Both the position numbers and the translations under genes were made by a program. The notes under the pieces are model-generated. The model had not been told where the DNA came from. It saw only the letters and a program-made list of their open reading frames with translations, and did no database searches. A stretch of DNA of 64,000 nucleotides from Candidatus Yanofskybacteria bacterium RIFCSPLOWO2_02_FULL_41_13 (GTDB lineage: Bacteria; Patescibacteriota; Minisyncoccia; 2-02-FULL-40-12; GWA2-44-9), in contig MGKQ01000017.1 in the NCBI GenBank assembly GCA_001795735.1, positions 3,326 to 67,325 of the forward strand, given 5' to 3'. Positions 55,161 through 63,495 of this stretch are shown here, piece by piece (position 1 is the first letter of the stretch; each line of letters starts with the position of its first letter).

Positions 55161-57851
55161 ATGAAGTATCAACCATCTAAAATCGAAAAGAAGTGGCAAA
55201 AATATTGGGAGACCAAGAAGATTTATCGCGCAAATGATAAGTCAAGAAAACCACACTATTATCAACTGGAAACCTTTCCATATCCATCTGCGGCTGGGCT
55301 TCACGTCGGACACCCCAAGGGCTATATTGCCGAAGATATTCATGCTCGTTTTATGCGAATGAACGGAAATGAGGTTCTGTATACAATGGGCTGGGATGCC
55401 TTTGGTTTGCCCACAGAAAACTACGCAATAAAAATTAATAAAAGTCCTCAAGAAGTAGCAACGTCTAGCATAAAGAATTTTAAACGACAGGTTAAAATGT
55501 TCGGTCTCTCATATGACTGGGACAGGGAAATTAATACCTCCTCGCCCGGATATTATAAGTGGACACAGTGGTTGTTTGTTCAGATGTTTAAAAGGGGGTT
55601 AGCCTATCAGAAATCTGCAAAAGTAAATTGGTGTCCGAAAGACCAGACGGTTTTAGCGAATGAGCAGGTTGTAGATGGAAAGTGTGAGCGTTGCGGCGAA
55701 GTTACAACTCAAAAAGAAATGAAGCAATGGTTTTTTAAGATAACTAATTATGCGGATAGATTACTCAAGGATTTAGAGGGGCTGGACTGGCCGGAAGCAA
55801 CAATTAAGAAGCAAAAAGACTGGGTAGGTAAATCTGAAGGAGCAAAATTAAAATTTAAGCTGATAAACATTCCCGGCCAGCCAGATAAAAAACATTTTGT
55901 GAAAGTATTTACGACTAGACCCGATACTTTATTTGGGGCGACTTTTGCTGTGGTGTCGCCTGAGCTTGCTAAAAAATGGCTTGATGCTGGATGGCAAGTT
56001 AATGACAGCGTAAAAAAATATATTAATGATAGCTTAAATAAAAAAGAGTTAGATAGGCTGGCTGAAGCTGGAGATAAGACGGGAATTGATTCTGGGATTA
56101 GGGCAGTAAACCCTGCCAACAAAGAAGAGATTCCTGTCTGGGTTGCCGATTATGTTTTGGGCGGTTACGGCACCGGAGCAATCATGGCCGTTCCTGCGCA
56201 TGATGAAAGGGATTTTAAATTTGCAGAAAAATTTAATTTGCCAGTTAAAACAGTAATTTCCCCTAACTCTGGGGCGTTAGTTAAATTCTTAAATAGAAGT
56301 CTTGTTTCCGACTGGAAAGATAAAGTACTAAATAATTATCCGTATTCATCAACTAGTGAATTTATTGAATTTTCAGTTTCTCCTGAAGGATTAGACAAAT
56401 TTATCTCTATTGGACAATCTTTGCTTAGAGAGGGTCCCTACTATTTCAGTATTCGTGGTAAGTCAAAGCTCATTGCATATAAAGATGCAGTATTTGATAT
56501 TTTTCAGAGCGAAGAAAATGTGAAAGCAAAAACTTACGGCAGAGAAAAAAGAATTCCAGAGAATGAATTGAGTTGGAGTACGGCATACGAAGAAAAGGGC
56601 ATACTTATTAATTCAGGTAAGTTCGATGGCCTTGACTCAGAAAAAGCCAAATGGGAAATTACAAAATTTGTTGGAGGAGAGAGACAAGTCCAATATAAGA
56701 TAAGAGATTGGTCTGTATCACGGCAAAGATATTGGGGAGTTCCAATTCCTGTCATCTATTGCGATAAATGTGGCGTTGTTCCGGTTCCCGATAAGGATCT
56801 TCCGGTTAAATTGCCAATATTGAAGGGTTATAGACCCAAAGGCGTTCCGCCATTAGCCAGCTCAAAAAAGTTTTTGGAAGTTAAGTGTCCAAACTGTAAT
56901 TCTTTAGCTCGGAGAGACGCTGAAACTTTGGATACTTTCGTAGATTCTTCTTGGTACTATCTTCGCTATACTGATTCAAAAAATAAAAACAAATTTGCTG
57001 ACGAACTGAAGCTAAAAACATGGTTGCCAGTTAAACTATACGTGATTGGTGCCGAACACTCAGTCTTGCATTTGCTCTATGCCAGATTTATAGCAAAAGT
57101 TCTTAACGATCAGGGCTATTTGAACTTTAATGAACCATTCTTGAAATTGAGGCATCTGGGTCTTATTCTCGGTACTGATGGACAGAAAATGTCCAAGTCA
57201 AAGGGTAATGTTATCAATCCAGATGGGATAGTCAAAGAATTCGGTGCGGATGCTTTTAGAATGTATGAAATGTTTATGGGTCCGTTTGAAGATGGTCAGC
57301 CTTGGGATACTAAGGGTGTGGTTGGAGTTTATAGGTTTTTAAATAGAATCTGGAATTATGTCGGCCGATATGATGGTAATATTAAACCTAATCTAGAAGC
57401 CCAAAGAATATTAAACAAATTTATAAAAGAGGTGGGAGAAGATATAGGTAGAATGAGTTTTAATACCGGTGTCAGTGGTTTGATGAAGCTTTTGAACGAG
57501 CTTGAATCACATGAAATCTCGAAAGAAGAATATGAAACACTACTCAAGCTATTGGCGCCTTTTGCTCCGCATTTGGCGGAAGAATTGTGGATGGGAGTAT
57601 TAAAAAATAAAAAATCTGTTCATCTTGAAAAGTGGCCGGAATATGACGAAAAATTACTAGCTGAAGAAAAAACAAAGCTAGTAATTCAGGTAAATGGCCG
57701 GGTTAGAGATACTTTTGAAGTTAAAAAAGGTCTTTCCGAAAGTGAGGCAAAAGATTTAGCCCTAAAGAGTGAGAACGTGAGAAGACATATATCCGGAGAA
57801 ATTAAAAAAATTATATATATAAAAGACAGAATAATTAATATTGTTATCTAG
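55161..57851 (+). CDS. leuS: Leucine--tRNA ligase
   Basis: FPYPSAAGLHVGH, GWDAFGLP, TTRPDT, GTGAIMAVPAHDERD, KMSKSKGN. Confidence 0.97.
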   Translation: MKYQPSKIEKKWQKYWETKKIYRANDKSRKPHYYQLETFPYPSAAGLHVGHPKGYIAEDIHARFMRMNGNEVLYTMGWDAFGLPTENYAIKINKSPQEVATSSIKNFKRQVKMFGLSYDWDREINTSSPGYYKWTQWLFVQMFKRGLAYQKSAKVNWCPKDQTVLANEQVVDGKCERCGEVTTQKEMKQWFFKITNYADRLLKDLEGLDWPEATIKKQKDWVGKSEGAKLKFKLINIPGQPDKKHFVKVFTTRPDTLFGATFAVVSPELAKKWLDAGWQVNDSVKKYINDSLNKKELDRLAEAGDKTGIDSGIRAVNPANKEEIPVWVADYVLGGYGTGAIMAVPAHDERDFKFAEKFNLPVKTVISPNSGALVKFLNRSLVSDWKDKVLNNYPYSSTSEFIEFSVSPEGLDKFISIGQSLLREGPYYFSIRGKSKLIAYKDAVFDIFQSEENVKAKTYGREKRIPENELSWSTAYEEKGILINSGKFDGLDSEKAKWEITKFVGGERQVQYKIRDWSVSRQRYWGVPIPVIYCDKCGVVPVPDKDLPVKLPILKGYRPKGVPPLASSKKFLEVKCPNCNSLARRDAETLDTFVDSSWYYLRYTDSKNKNKFADELKLKTWLPVKLYVIGAEHSVLHLLYARFIAKVLNDQGYLNFNEPFLKLRHLGLILGTDGQKMSKSKGNVINPDGIVKEFGADAFRMYEMFMGPFEDGQPWDTKGVVGVYRFLNRIWNYVGRYDGNIKPNLEAQRILNKFIKEVGEDIGRMSFNTGVSGLMKLLNELESHEISKEEYETLLKLLAPFAPHLAEELWMGVLKNKKSVHLEKWPEYDEKLLAEEKTKLVIQVNGRVRDTFEVKKGLSESEAKDLALKSENVRRHISGEIKKIIYIKDRIINIVI

Positions 57852-57883
57852 CAGTTTATCGGGAGTATCTTCTAACTGGTATA

Positions 57884-60070
57884 ATGAGTACAATGAATAT
57901 CAACCTATCTCCATATAAATTAGTTAGTTTAGTCACAGTAATAATCGTGGTTTGTCTTTTTACATCTCTGGGAAGTGCCCAAACCACCTCGTCCTACACC
58001 CTTGACCTCTCTTCATATATTAGTATCGGTGTCCGTGATATTGCCGCTGACTCTCAGGGAAACTTCTATGTCACCGGTGGCGGCGATGTTACCTCATTAC
58101 CGATAACCTACACTTTTAAGAATAGCGGTACCCCGGAATCCGTTATTGCCGGCCCTTCTGATGTCTTGGTGGCTAAGTTCAATAGTTTCGGCCAGCTACT
58201 CTGGAGTACCCGTATCGGAGGTCCTAGCCATGACCGAGCCTATGCTGTGGAAGTTGATAATCAGGGATATGTATATCTTGCCGGAAGAGCTGCTGCTAAC
58301 TTCCCTGTGACTAATGGATCTCTACAAACATCTTTTCAAGGAGGTTTCAGCTCAGCCTATGGTAATCAGGATGGATTTATTCTCAAGCTTCAACCTAACG
58401 GATCGGGTATCGTTTGGGCTACCTACTTCGGTACATCTGATATTCATATTGTCCGTGATATTGCCCTTGATTCAGGCGGAAATGTATATCTCGCAGCCGG
58501 TTATGAATCAGGAAACTATCCTTCCCCCCTACCTTCTTCCTTTGTTAATACTCCCAGAGGCGGCCAGGACACAATAATTGCTAAAATTAACTCAACCGGC
58601 TCTGCTCTCTTATGGGCCAGATATGTCGGCGGTTCAGGCAATGAAGCTGGCACTCCCTCTGTAAGGACTGACAGCCTGGGCAACCCTCATCTTCTTTCTG
58701 ATACTGATTCAACCGGTATCGCCACTACGGGAGCTTATGACACTACCTATAACGGCGGTGGCGACTATCTAATCTCCAAACTTAACCCAAGCACCGGTGC
58801 TATCGTCTGGAGTACTTACCTTGGAGGTTCCGGAAACGAATCAATAGAAACTCACGAATTCGCCGGTATTGATAATGCGGGCAATGTCTATGTTACCGGA
58901 CCCACCTCATCAACCACTAATTTCCCAACCACTAACGGCGCTTATGACACAACTTACAATGGAGGCGGTAATGACACGTTTATTTCCAAGATATCTTTCA
59001 ACGGGTCAACCCTCCTGGCCTCCACTCTATTAGGCGGTAATCAAAACGATCGTCCTGAGGGCACAGCCGTTGATAGTGCCGGCAACGTATATCTGACTGG
59101 CGTTACGGCTTCACCTAACTTCCCCGTAACCTCCGGTGCTTTTCAATCAACAATTAGAAACTCAAGTTCGGGTGATGCCGTTGTCGTTAAACTTTCTCCC
59201 GATTTGAGTCAGCTTCTATATGGTTCATATATCGGAGGCACTAACCAAGACAACGGTCGAGGCTTAGCTATAGATTCAAATGGTAATATATTTGGCGGTG
59301 GACAGACTAGTTCTACTGACTTTCCAATTTTAAATACTTCTCAGGGAAGTAGTACTGACGGCGGAGTAATTTACAAGTTTAAAATTGCCGGTACATCATC
59401 TTCTCCAACTCCGACACCGACTAACGATATAATTTTTCCGACAGTCAGCATCACTTCTCTGTTCTCTGGCCTTACTGTTTTGGGAACAATGACTATAAAT
59501 ATTACGGCAACTGACAATATCGGGGTTACCAGAACTGAATTCTATGTTGACGGAGCATTAAAAGGTACTGACTCTACTTGGCCGTATACTCTAACTTGGG
59601 ATACTACTAATGCCGGCACTCATCCTTGTAATGGTACTCATACCCATGCTCTGACAGCCAAGGCTTATGATAATGCGGGTAATATCGGTACAAGCCCCGT
59701 GATTACAGTTAATATGAATAACCCTTCATATTGTACTTCTCCATCTCCTACTCCCACCCCCACTCCCACCCCCACTCCCACTGACTACACTGCTCCATAT
59801 ATCTCCTCCGTTACCGTCACTAATATCACTCCCTTTGTAGCTTCAGTTAACTGGATTACTAACGAACCGGCTGACGGCCAGATCGCTTTCTGCACCACCT
59901 ATCTAATCGACTGTGCCAACAGCACTCCTTTAGTTTCTCAACTGACCACTCAACACACCGTTAACCTCTCCGGTCTCAATCCTAACACCTATTACTACAT
60001 GTGGATCAAGTCCAAAGACGCTGCCGGGAATTTAAGAATATATTACAGGAGTTTTAGGACGGCGTTTTGA
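57884..60070 (+). CDS. Secreted SBBP beta-propeller protein with Ig-like and Fn3-like domains
   Basis: Signal peptide; repeated D..GNVY(V/L)(T/A)G..NFP, WSTYLGG; PT linker; AKAYDNAGN; start may be ATG 57893. Confidence 0.85.
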   Translation: MSTMNINLSPYKLVSLVTVIIVVCLFTSLGSAQTTSSYTLDLSSYISIGVRDIAADSQGNFYVTGGGDVTSLPITYTFKNSGTPESVIAGPSDVLVAKFNSFGQLLWSTRIGGPSHDRAYAVEVDNQGYVYLAGRAAANFPVTNGSLQTSFQGGFSSAYGNQDGFILKLQPNGSGIVWATYFGTSDIHIVRDIALDSGGNVYLAAGYESGNYPSPLPSSFVNTPRGGQDTIIAKINSTGSALLWARYVGGSGNEAGTPSVRTDSLGNPHLLSDTDSTGIATTGAYDTTYNGGGDYLISKLNPSTGAIVWSTYLGGSGNESIETHEFAGIDNAGNVYVTGPTSSTTNFPTTNGAYDTTYNGGGNDTFISKISFNGSTLLASTLLGGNQNDRPEGTAVDSAGNVYLTGVTASPNFPVTSGAFQSTIRNSSSGDAVVVKLSPDLSQLLYGSYIGGTNQDNGRGLAIDSNGNIFGGGQTSSTDFPILNTSQGSSTDGGVIYKFKIAGTSSSPTPTPTNDIIFPTVSITSLFSGLTVLGTMTINITATDNIGVTRTEFYVDGALKGTDSTWPYTLTWDTTNAGTHPCNGTHTHALTAKAYDNAGNIGTSPVITVNMNNPSYCTSPSPTPTPTPTPTPTDYTAPYISSVTVTNITPFVASVNWITNEPADGQIAFCTTYLIDCANSTPLVSQLTTQHTVNLSGLNPNTYYYMWIKSKDAAGNLRIYYRSFRTAF

Positions 60071-60112
60071 GCACGGCCATAACTTTATTTTATAAATAAC
60101 GAAACCGACAGG

Positions 60113-60616
60113 ATGAACTTATTAGCTAGGGAATTAAAAAAGTTAAAAATAGTTAAGAGGGGCAGGGTTGTATTAAAAAGCGGGGAAGTCTCAGATTTTT
60201 ATGTTGATATGAAAAAGGCCTTCGGTGATCCGAGGGCTTTTAGTTTAATCTGCTCCGAACTTTGCAAGATAATAGACAAGAGGGCGACATGTGTCGCCGG
60301 TTCCGGCCATGGTGGGTTGCCGTTAGCGACGGCGGTCTCTTTAAGATTAAAATTGCCGCTAGTCTTGGTTAGGGATAGTGATAAAAAGCACGGTCTTAGT
60401 AAATTAATTGACGGCTATGTGCCCGGTAAAAAAGATAAAGTTGTTGTCATTGATGATGTTTTTTCTTCCGGAACAAGCATTTCTAATACGGTCAGAGCTT
60501 TAAATAAAACAAAATCAAAAATTGTAGCAGGCTATGTAGTAGTGAGCAGGGGAGATGCATCAAATTTCAAGATTAGTATCAACAGTCTGCTTGACCACCG
60601 AAAATTATTAAATTAA
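60113..60616 (+). CDS. pyrE: Orotate phosphoribosyltransferase
   Basis: LKSG..SDFYVD, KKHG, VIDDVFSSGTS. Confidence 0.85.
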   Translation: MNLLARELKKLKIVKRGRVVLKSGEVSDFYVDMKKAFGDPRAFSLICSELCKIIDKRATCVAGSGHGGLPLATAVSLRLKLPLVLVRDSDKKHGLSKLIDGYVPGKKDKVVVIDDVFSSGTSISNTVRALNKTKSKIVAGYVVVSRGDASNFKISINSLLDHRKLLN

Positions 60617-60635
60617 TATTTAAATACAATTAAAT

Positions 60636-60741
60636 ATTATCAAGAGTGCGGCGAGAGTAACGGCTCAATGACCCGCTAGCAACGTGTCCTCTGATATTGT
60701 AGAGGATAACGTGCCCCATCCGTCCCGCACGGGAAGATAAT
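60636..60741 (+). ncRNA. SAM-I riboswitch
   Basis: ATTATCAAGAG..GGCGAGAG..GGCTCAATGACCC..GCAAC..GTGC..TCC..AAGATAAT upstream of metK. Confidence 0.85.
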
Positions 60742-60745
60742 TATG

Positions 60746-60792
60746 CTCATCATAATAAAAATTCCACCGTGGGTGGAATTTTTATTATGAGC
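60746..60792 (+). terminator. Riboswitch-associated hairpin/terminator
   Basis: CATAATAAAATTCCACC-GTG-GGTGGAATTTTTATTATG. Confidence 0.6.
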
Positions 60793-60821
60793 GGTGATTT
60801 AGGGGCTATTACCGGATACTG

Positions 60822-60943
60822 TTTCTACTGCAATTTTTAGATTTTGGCTACGGCTTTGCAAAAATTGTTCGACAGATACTCAATGTATATGCCTCACAAT
60901 TTTTACTTCGCCTCGCTCTAAATCTTAAAATTTCGTTACGAAA
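60822..60943. repeat. Rod-like inverted-repeat element in the metK leader
   Basis: TTTTAGATTT/AAATCTTAAAA and AAAAATTGT/ACAATTTTT nested stems with GAGGC internal-loop motifs on the minus strand. Confidence 0.45.
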
Positions 60944-62017
60944 GTGTATTCGGCAATAGCCCCCCACATTATGTTTTTTGCCCAAAAAACATTTACAGTC
61001 GAGAGTGTAACTTCAGGACATCCGGATAAGGTCTGTGACCAAATCTCTGATGCCATATTAGACGAGTGTCTAAAGCAGGATCCACAAAGTCGTGTTGCAG
61101 TTGAGGTATTTGGCAGTCACGGAACTTTAGTTATCGGTGGGGAAGTAACGACTAGGGCTGTAGCCGACTACCAAAAGGTTGCCAGAGATTTGTATAAATC
61201 AATAGGCTACGAAGACGAACTGGAAATTATTAGTCGTGTTGTTCAACAGTCGCCGGATATTGCCAAGGGTGTTGATAACGGGGGAGCCGGGGATCAAGGC
61301 ATAATGTATGGCTATGCAACTTCAGAAACTCCTGAGTTTCTTCCACGTCCCGTCGTATTAGTTCATCAGCTGGCTAAAAAACTGGAGACGCTCAGGCGTG
61401 AAAACCCCAAATTTTCGTGGCTTGGGCCAGATGGGAAAACTCAGATTACATGTCATAACAACAGTATTGATACAGTTCTTGTCAGTTGTCAGCATGACCC
61501 ATCTATAGATAATAAGACAATAAGTTCATCAATCCGTGACTCTGTAATAATACCAGTAATAGGCGATATTTCTGGTATAAAAATACTTGTTAATCCTTCA
61601 GGCTTGTTTACTATCGGCGGATTTACGGCCGACACTGGTCTTACGGGGAGAAAAATAATGGTGGATACCTATTGCGGGCTTGTGCCTCATGGCGGCGGAT
61701 GTTTTTCAGGAAAAGATTCAACCAAAGTTGATCGGTCCGGTGCCTATATGGCGCGATATGTTGCCAAACAAATAGTTGCAAGGGGAATTGCTGATGAATG
61801 TCTGGTCTCGGTGGCCTATGCTATTGGTAAAGCCGAGCCGCTAATGGTTGAAGCTCATGATGGTAGGGGAAATGATCTGAGCGCCTATGCTCAAAAGAGT
61901 TTTGATTTTCGTCCGTTGGCAATCATTGAACATCTCGGCTTAAGAAATCCCATTTTTTTGAACACTGCTTCTTACGGCCATTTTGGACGAAAAGAATTTC
62001 CATGGGAGAAGGCATAG
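60944..62017 (+). CDS. metK: S-adenosylmethionine synthetase
   Basis: ESVTSGHPDKVCDQISD, GAGDQG, DGKTQ, DTGLTGRK, GGGCFSGKD; start may be ATG 60971. Confidence 0.96.
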   Translation: MYSAIAPHIMFFAQKTFTVESVTSGHPDKVCDQISDAILDECLKQDPQSRVAVEVFGSHGTLVIGGEVTTRAVADYQKVARDLYKSIGYEDELEIISRVVQQSPDIAKGVDNGGAGDQGIMYGYATSETPEFLPRPVVLVHQLAKKLETLRRENPKFSWLGPDGKTQITCHNNSIDTVLVSCQHDPSIDNKTISSSIRDSVIIPVIGDISGIKILVNPSGLFTIGGFTADTGLTGRKIMVDTYCGLVPHGGGCFSGKDSTKVDRSGAYMARYVAKQIVARGIADECLVSVAYAIGKAEPLMVEAHDGRGNDLSAYAQKSFDFRPLAIIEHLGLRNPIFLNTASYGHFGRKEFPWEKA

Positions 62018-62110
62018 CCATATTTTCTCCAAACAAAAATCGAAAAATTTGACATTTTAGGCGTTTTCTGCTAATATATAGGGTATAAAGCCTAAGGGTT
62101 GATTATTTCA

Positions 62111-62137
62111 TCTCGCCGAAGCTTTGGCGAAGGTGGA
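62111..62137. repeat. REP-like palindrome
   Basis: TCTCGCCGAAGCTTTGGCGAAGGTGGA. Confidence 0.55.
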
Positions 62138-62236
62138 TCCGAAGGCCCGGTCGAAATAGTATAAGAATTAGGCTGATATTTGACCATTTCCTACAGCTTT
62201 GCTGTGGGAGGGGATGAGTAGGCAGTCATTAATGAA

Positions 62237-62575
62237 GTGGCTAAAGAAAAAGCAGTATCACAGGACAGAGATCGAGATTTCGTAGAGATAATCATCAAGG
62301 AAATTGTTAACAATCCCGATGCCGTTAAGGTTGTCAGGACTGTCGATGAACTCGGTGTTCTGCTTACCGTAAAAGTTGACCCGACAGATATGGGTCTTCT
62401 GATCGGACGAAGCGGCTCTACAGCTAAGGCAATCAGGACTTTGGCAAGGATCGTAGGAATGCGAAACAATGCCAGAGTCAACCTCAAGATCGAGGAGCCG
62501 GAGGGTGGACGAGCTCCAAGCGCTACCGGCAAGACCAGAAACGTCGAAGACGTTATGGGAGATCTAGATATGTAA
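62237..62575 (+). CDS. khpA: KH-domain RNA-binding protein (KhpA/YlqC)
   Basis: IVNNPDAV..DMGLLIGRSGSTAKAIRTL; near trmD. Confidence 0.88.
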   Translation: MAKEKAVSQDRDRDFVEIIIKEIVNNPDAVKVVRTVDELGVLLTVKVDPTDMGLLIGRSGSTAKAIRTLARIVGMRNNARVNLKIEEPEGGRAPSATGKTRNVEDVMGDLDM

Positions 62576-62584
62576 GTTTTTGTC

Positions 62585-62626
62585 TAAAAAACAAAACCGA
62601 CCTTAATGGGTCGGTTTTGTTTTTTT
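62585..62626 (+). terminator. Intrinsic terminator
   Basis: AAAACAAAACCGACC-loop-GGTCGGTTTTGTTTT. Confidence 0.75.
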
Positions 62627-62890
62627 AGTTACAAAAAGTTATCCCGCCTCATCTAGGTAAGAAACGTTTGCTAAGGTTAAGAAAAGCCGAAGGCGAGTTT
62701 GCAATATAATTAAAGTATAAATAAAATACTTGACTCTAGATGGGGCGTGGATTCGTGGGTTAAGGAAGCTCTAGGTTGTGCCAGGGTTCGTGTGATAAGT
62801 AAAATTGGTAGATTAGCTAAAACCAGTTTTCAGTTTGCCTTTTTATATAAAAATTATATAATAACACCCAGTTCTTAATAGGGAGTATCA

Positions 62891-63355
62891 ATGATAGCCT
62901 CGACTCATCTTGTAGCTGGAGCTTTCAGCGGTTTGTTGGTACAAAAACTTCTACTGGAAAATCCAAACGTGATTAAAGGGATTGGGGCAGGATTTTGTGC
63001 CGGCTTTGCTTCTCACCTGATTCTCGATGCTATTCCTCATCAGGATTACGGCATTGAGGGTTATGCGCTTGGAGGTATTTTGTTTGTTGAGGTATTGGCT
63101 GTGTTTTATCTAGCCTTTTATTCCGTCCACAAGGCTTTTACCAATTGGATTATTTTTTTCGGTATGGTTGGTGCCGCATTCCCAGATCTCCTTGGTATGG
63201 TTTATGAACATGGATTTAGATTGGGATGGTTATATAATGTCGATCGGCTGTTGCATGTTTTTCACAGCAATCCGAATGCAGTCTACAAGATAGGTATTTT
63301 GAGCCAATTGATTCTAGCTATATTTATGTCTCTCGGGGCAAGAGTAAGAAAATAG
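62891..63355 (+). CDS. Membrane hypothetical protein (metal-dependent hydrolase-like)
   Basis: STHLVAG, SHLILDAIPHQD, FPD, several TMs; SD GGGAG. Confidence 0.7.
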   Translation: MIASTHLVAGAFSGLLVQKLLLENPNVIKGIGAGFCAGFASHLILDAIPHQDYGIEGYALGGILFVEVLAVFYLAFYSVHKAFTNWIIFFGMVGAAFPDLLGMVYEHGFRLGWLYNVDRLLHVFHSNPNAVYKIGILSQLILAIFMSLGARVRK

Positions 63356-63398
63356 CGGCCCTACGGTTGACTTAAGCATTAAATTATAGTAATATCTC

Positions 63399-63482
63399 TG
63401 TGGCGTAGGATCTTCAAACGGCCAGCAAAACATGCCAAGTCCTACCTGGCCACATGGTCCGCTTCGGCGGACCACTTTCTTT
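63399..63482 (+). ncRNA. Putative small RNA or leader upstream of trmD
   Basis: TTGACT-17nt-TAATAT upstream; GTGGC-GTAGGA..TCCTAC..GCCAC stem, then GGTCCGC-TTCG-GCGGACC and a T-rich tract. Confidence 0.4.
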
Positions 63483-63495
63483 ATTATGATAAAAT

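Noticed and set aside
59738-59781. Tandem CCCACT repeat as a DNA element
   Set aside because: Explained as a Pro-Thr linker in a surface protein
134-62532. Numerous 60-135 aa antisense or overlapping ORFs in the track
   Set aside because: Shadow ORFs of well-supported genes with no motifs or ribosome-binding signals
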